Part shown: positions 38,748 through 40,787 of the stretch, piece after piece
How positions within the stretch are numbered: position 1 is the first letter of the stretch
Layout: the number at the start of each line of letters is the position of its first letter
NCBI RefSeq assembly: GCF_001194135.2
Contig: NC_068981.1
Span: forward strand, 36,580,815-36,621,601
DNA: 40,787 nucleotides
Source: Octopus bimaculoides
Taxonomy: Eukaryota
Direction: 5' to 3'
Program-made: the position numbers and the translations under genes
The notes under the pieces: generated by a model
What the model saw: the letters and a program-made list of their open reading frames with translations, nothing else
What the model was told of the DNA's origin: nothing
Database searches by the model: none

Positions 38748-39133
38748 AATCTATCTATCTATCTATCTATCTATCTGCCTCTTTGTCTATTTGTCTGTCT
38801 GTCTGTCTGTCTATCTTTGTATGTGTCTGTCTGTCCCTTTCTCTCTCTTTCTATCTGTCTGTCTGTCTGTCTGTCTATCCATCCATCCCTCCATCCATCC
38901 ATCCAGCCACTCATTCAACCACCCATCCATCAATCCATCCATCCATCCATTCATCCATTAATCTATCCATCCATCCATCCATCCACCCATCCAACCATCC
39001 AGCCACCCATCTATCTATTTTTCTATCTGTCTGTCTGCTTGTATGTATATCTGTGTCTGTGTCTATTTCTTCATCAGTTTGTCTGCCTGTCTGCCTATCT
39101 ATCTATCTATCTGTCTATTTATCTGTCTGTCTA

Positions 39134-39172
<39 letters not shown>

Positions 39173-39249
39173 GCCTGCCTGCCTGCCTGCCTGCCTACCT
39201 GCCAGTCTGTCTATTTCTCTGCATATATGTTTATGTATATGTATGTCAA

Positions 39250-39293
<44 letters not shown>

Positions 39294-39312
39294 CCATCCT
39301 CATCGTCATCAT
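38748..39312. repeat. Compound tetranucleotide array (ATCT, GTCT, ATCC, GCCT) ending in (CAT)n
   Basis: Direct reading; source of the SIHP/LSVC ORFs. Confidence 0.95.
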
Positions 39313-39940
39313 TTAACATCCATCTTCCATGCTGGCATGAGCTGGTCAGTTTGACAGGAGCTTGTAAGCCTGAGGACTGCACCAGACATCACTGTCTGCT
39401 TTGGTGTAGTTTCCGCAGCTGGATACCCTTTCTAATGCTTACCACTTTACAGAGTAGGCTGGGTACTTTTTACATGGCAGCAGCACCAGTGAGGTCACTG
39501 AATAACTTGCAAGACAAAGATCCCTTAATTGAGAGGGGGTGTAGTATTGAAAGAGGTGGCTTTGTGCCAGGTGATGAGCGTTTAAACTATGATAGAGTGA
39601 TAGAGGAACAGAAACAGGTGTCTTGTTCTAAAGAAGATAAATGGTTACCCTAGTCTGAGGGAGAAAGAAAGTGAGAGAGAGGAAGAGTGCGAGAGAGTGA
39701 GAGAGATAGCTGCAATGTGTCAGGGCATGTTGTCAAGATACAAGGAGGTGAATATAAATGGAATGGAAGTTGATTGTTCAGGGTGCATGAATAAGGAGTT
39801 CACAAAGGTGCAGAAGTGTGAGAGGAGAGGGAAAAGGGGAATGCTGCAAGTGATGAAACACAGGTATACTAAAGAGCAAGAGGGAGGACAGGAGAGAAGG
39901 GGGAGGGGAGAGAAAAGCATTGTTCATGAAGTAGAAATGT
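39249..39940 (-). mobile_element. Family E element
   Basis: (CAT)n-ttaacatccatcttccatgctggcatgag...gctggataccctttctaatgcttaccactttacagagt; colinear with 36889-37350. Confidence 0.6.
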
Positions 39941-40383
39941 AGTTTGGTTCATTGAAGGTAGGGTGTGTGATTTAATATTACATGCGGATGGAATACATAG
40001 CACTTCCAGAACTCAGTTTTGCTGAGGTGGGAGGTTCTTCTCAAGAAACTCATATTGCCAGACAACTCAGTCCCTTGTCATCTCCTTTATGAGGTCCAAC
40101 ATCGCAAAGCTGTAACACGAGGAGATATTGATAAATCAGGTATAGCTGATCATGTATGGAAAAATGGAGACCACCTTCCCCTGTGGGATGAAGTTAAAAT
40201 GATAGACATAGAGCACCACTGGAAAATATGAAAACTAAAAGAAGCAACACATATGCTAGGACACAACAACCTCCTAAGCAGACCAAGTGCAGATATGAGT
40301 AGCATATGGGAACCGGAATTAAGGAAGGATAGAAAAATATTAGATTTATAAGCCCTAAAATTATTCACTCCATAATTGCCCAT

Positions 40384-40456
40384 GGGCATATGGCATAGTG
40401 GTTAAGAGCACAGGCTACTAATCCCAAGATTCCGAGTTCGATTCCAAGCAGTGACC
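40384..40456 (+). other. tRNA-derived pseudo-tRNA cassette (tRNA-Thr-like)
   Basis: 73 nt; A box tggcatagtgg, B box gttcgattcc; 5 of 7 acceptor pairs; anticodon loop ct-act-aa; stems degenerate. Confidence 0.7.
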
Positions 40457-40542
40457 TTAACAATAATAATAATAATAATAATAATGATGATAACATCGAA
40501 AAATACTTTAGAAATGAGAACCCAGGTTCGAAATTTCCCCAA

Positions 40543-40585
40543 GACACCTGAAGAAGGCTGGAGGGTATATCAGCCGAAACGTGCT
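40543..40585 (+). ncRNA. Minimal type I hammerhead-like motif, apparently lacking helix III and cleavage triplet
   Basis: gacac-CTGAAGA-a-GGCTG-gagggtatat-CAGCC-GAAA-c-gtgct; second copy 37441-37483 (minus) reads CTGATGA...AAAA-c-gtgtt. Confidence 0.65.
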
Positions 40586-40787
40586 AACAACAAACAAGAT
40601 GAAGACAAATATCCGTCGAATGTAAATAATGTAAATAATGTACATAATTCCTCATCTCCTAAATATAGAACTGAGTCACGGACAAATTGTGATGATTTCC
40701 AATCAAAATTAGAGTGTTATACATATATATATGTATGAATATATATATGTATATATGTATGTATGTATATATATATATATATATATA

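Larger units (their letters stand above)
40098..40673 (+). mobile_element. Penelope-like element 3' fragment (GIY-YIG remnant, tRNA-like cassette, (AAT)n, hammerhead-like core)
   Basis: QHRKAVTRGDIDKSGIADHVWKNGDHLPLWDEVKMIDIEHHWKI*KLKEATHM fits the C-terminal half of PLE GIY-YIG endonucleases (EH...S.IA.H......H...W..V.I.D.E....R...E). Confidence 0.88.

Noticed and set aside
39975-40095. Possible inverted Penelope RT fragment next to the plus-strand copy
   Set aside because: Only vague similarity, with stops; cannot be supported without an alignment.
40384-40456. Functional tRNA gene with ACT anticodon (also 37910-37982)
   Set aside because: Anticodon and T stems are largely unpaired, there is no long variable arm for Ser, and it is embedded in a retroelement.

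Overview
AT-rich, microsatellite-dense animal genomic DNA with five N gaps. The repeat families resemble those of Octopus (coleoid cephalopod); this is inferred from repeat style, not from a search. No intact protein-coding gene is recognisable, and almost all listed ORFs are microsatellite or N-gap read-throughs. Supported content: two decayed RTE-clade LINE fragments in opposite orientation, each with a PHD-like Cys/His insertion in the RT region; a mariner-type transposase remnant; a TA-flanked MITE; two long palindromes; many SINE copies from several families, including a young (GAT)n-tailed family; and two inverted ~580 bp Penelope-like fragments. The Penelope-like pieces are the most interesting feature: each has the layout GIY-YIG remnant, tRNA-derived Pol III cassette, (AAT)n, hammerhead-like core, and both break at the same 5' point. 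A few short exon-like segments (mainly minus strand) may belong to a large-intron gene that I could not identify.
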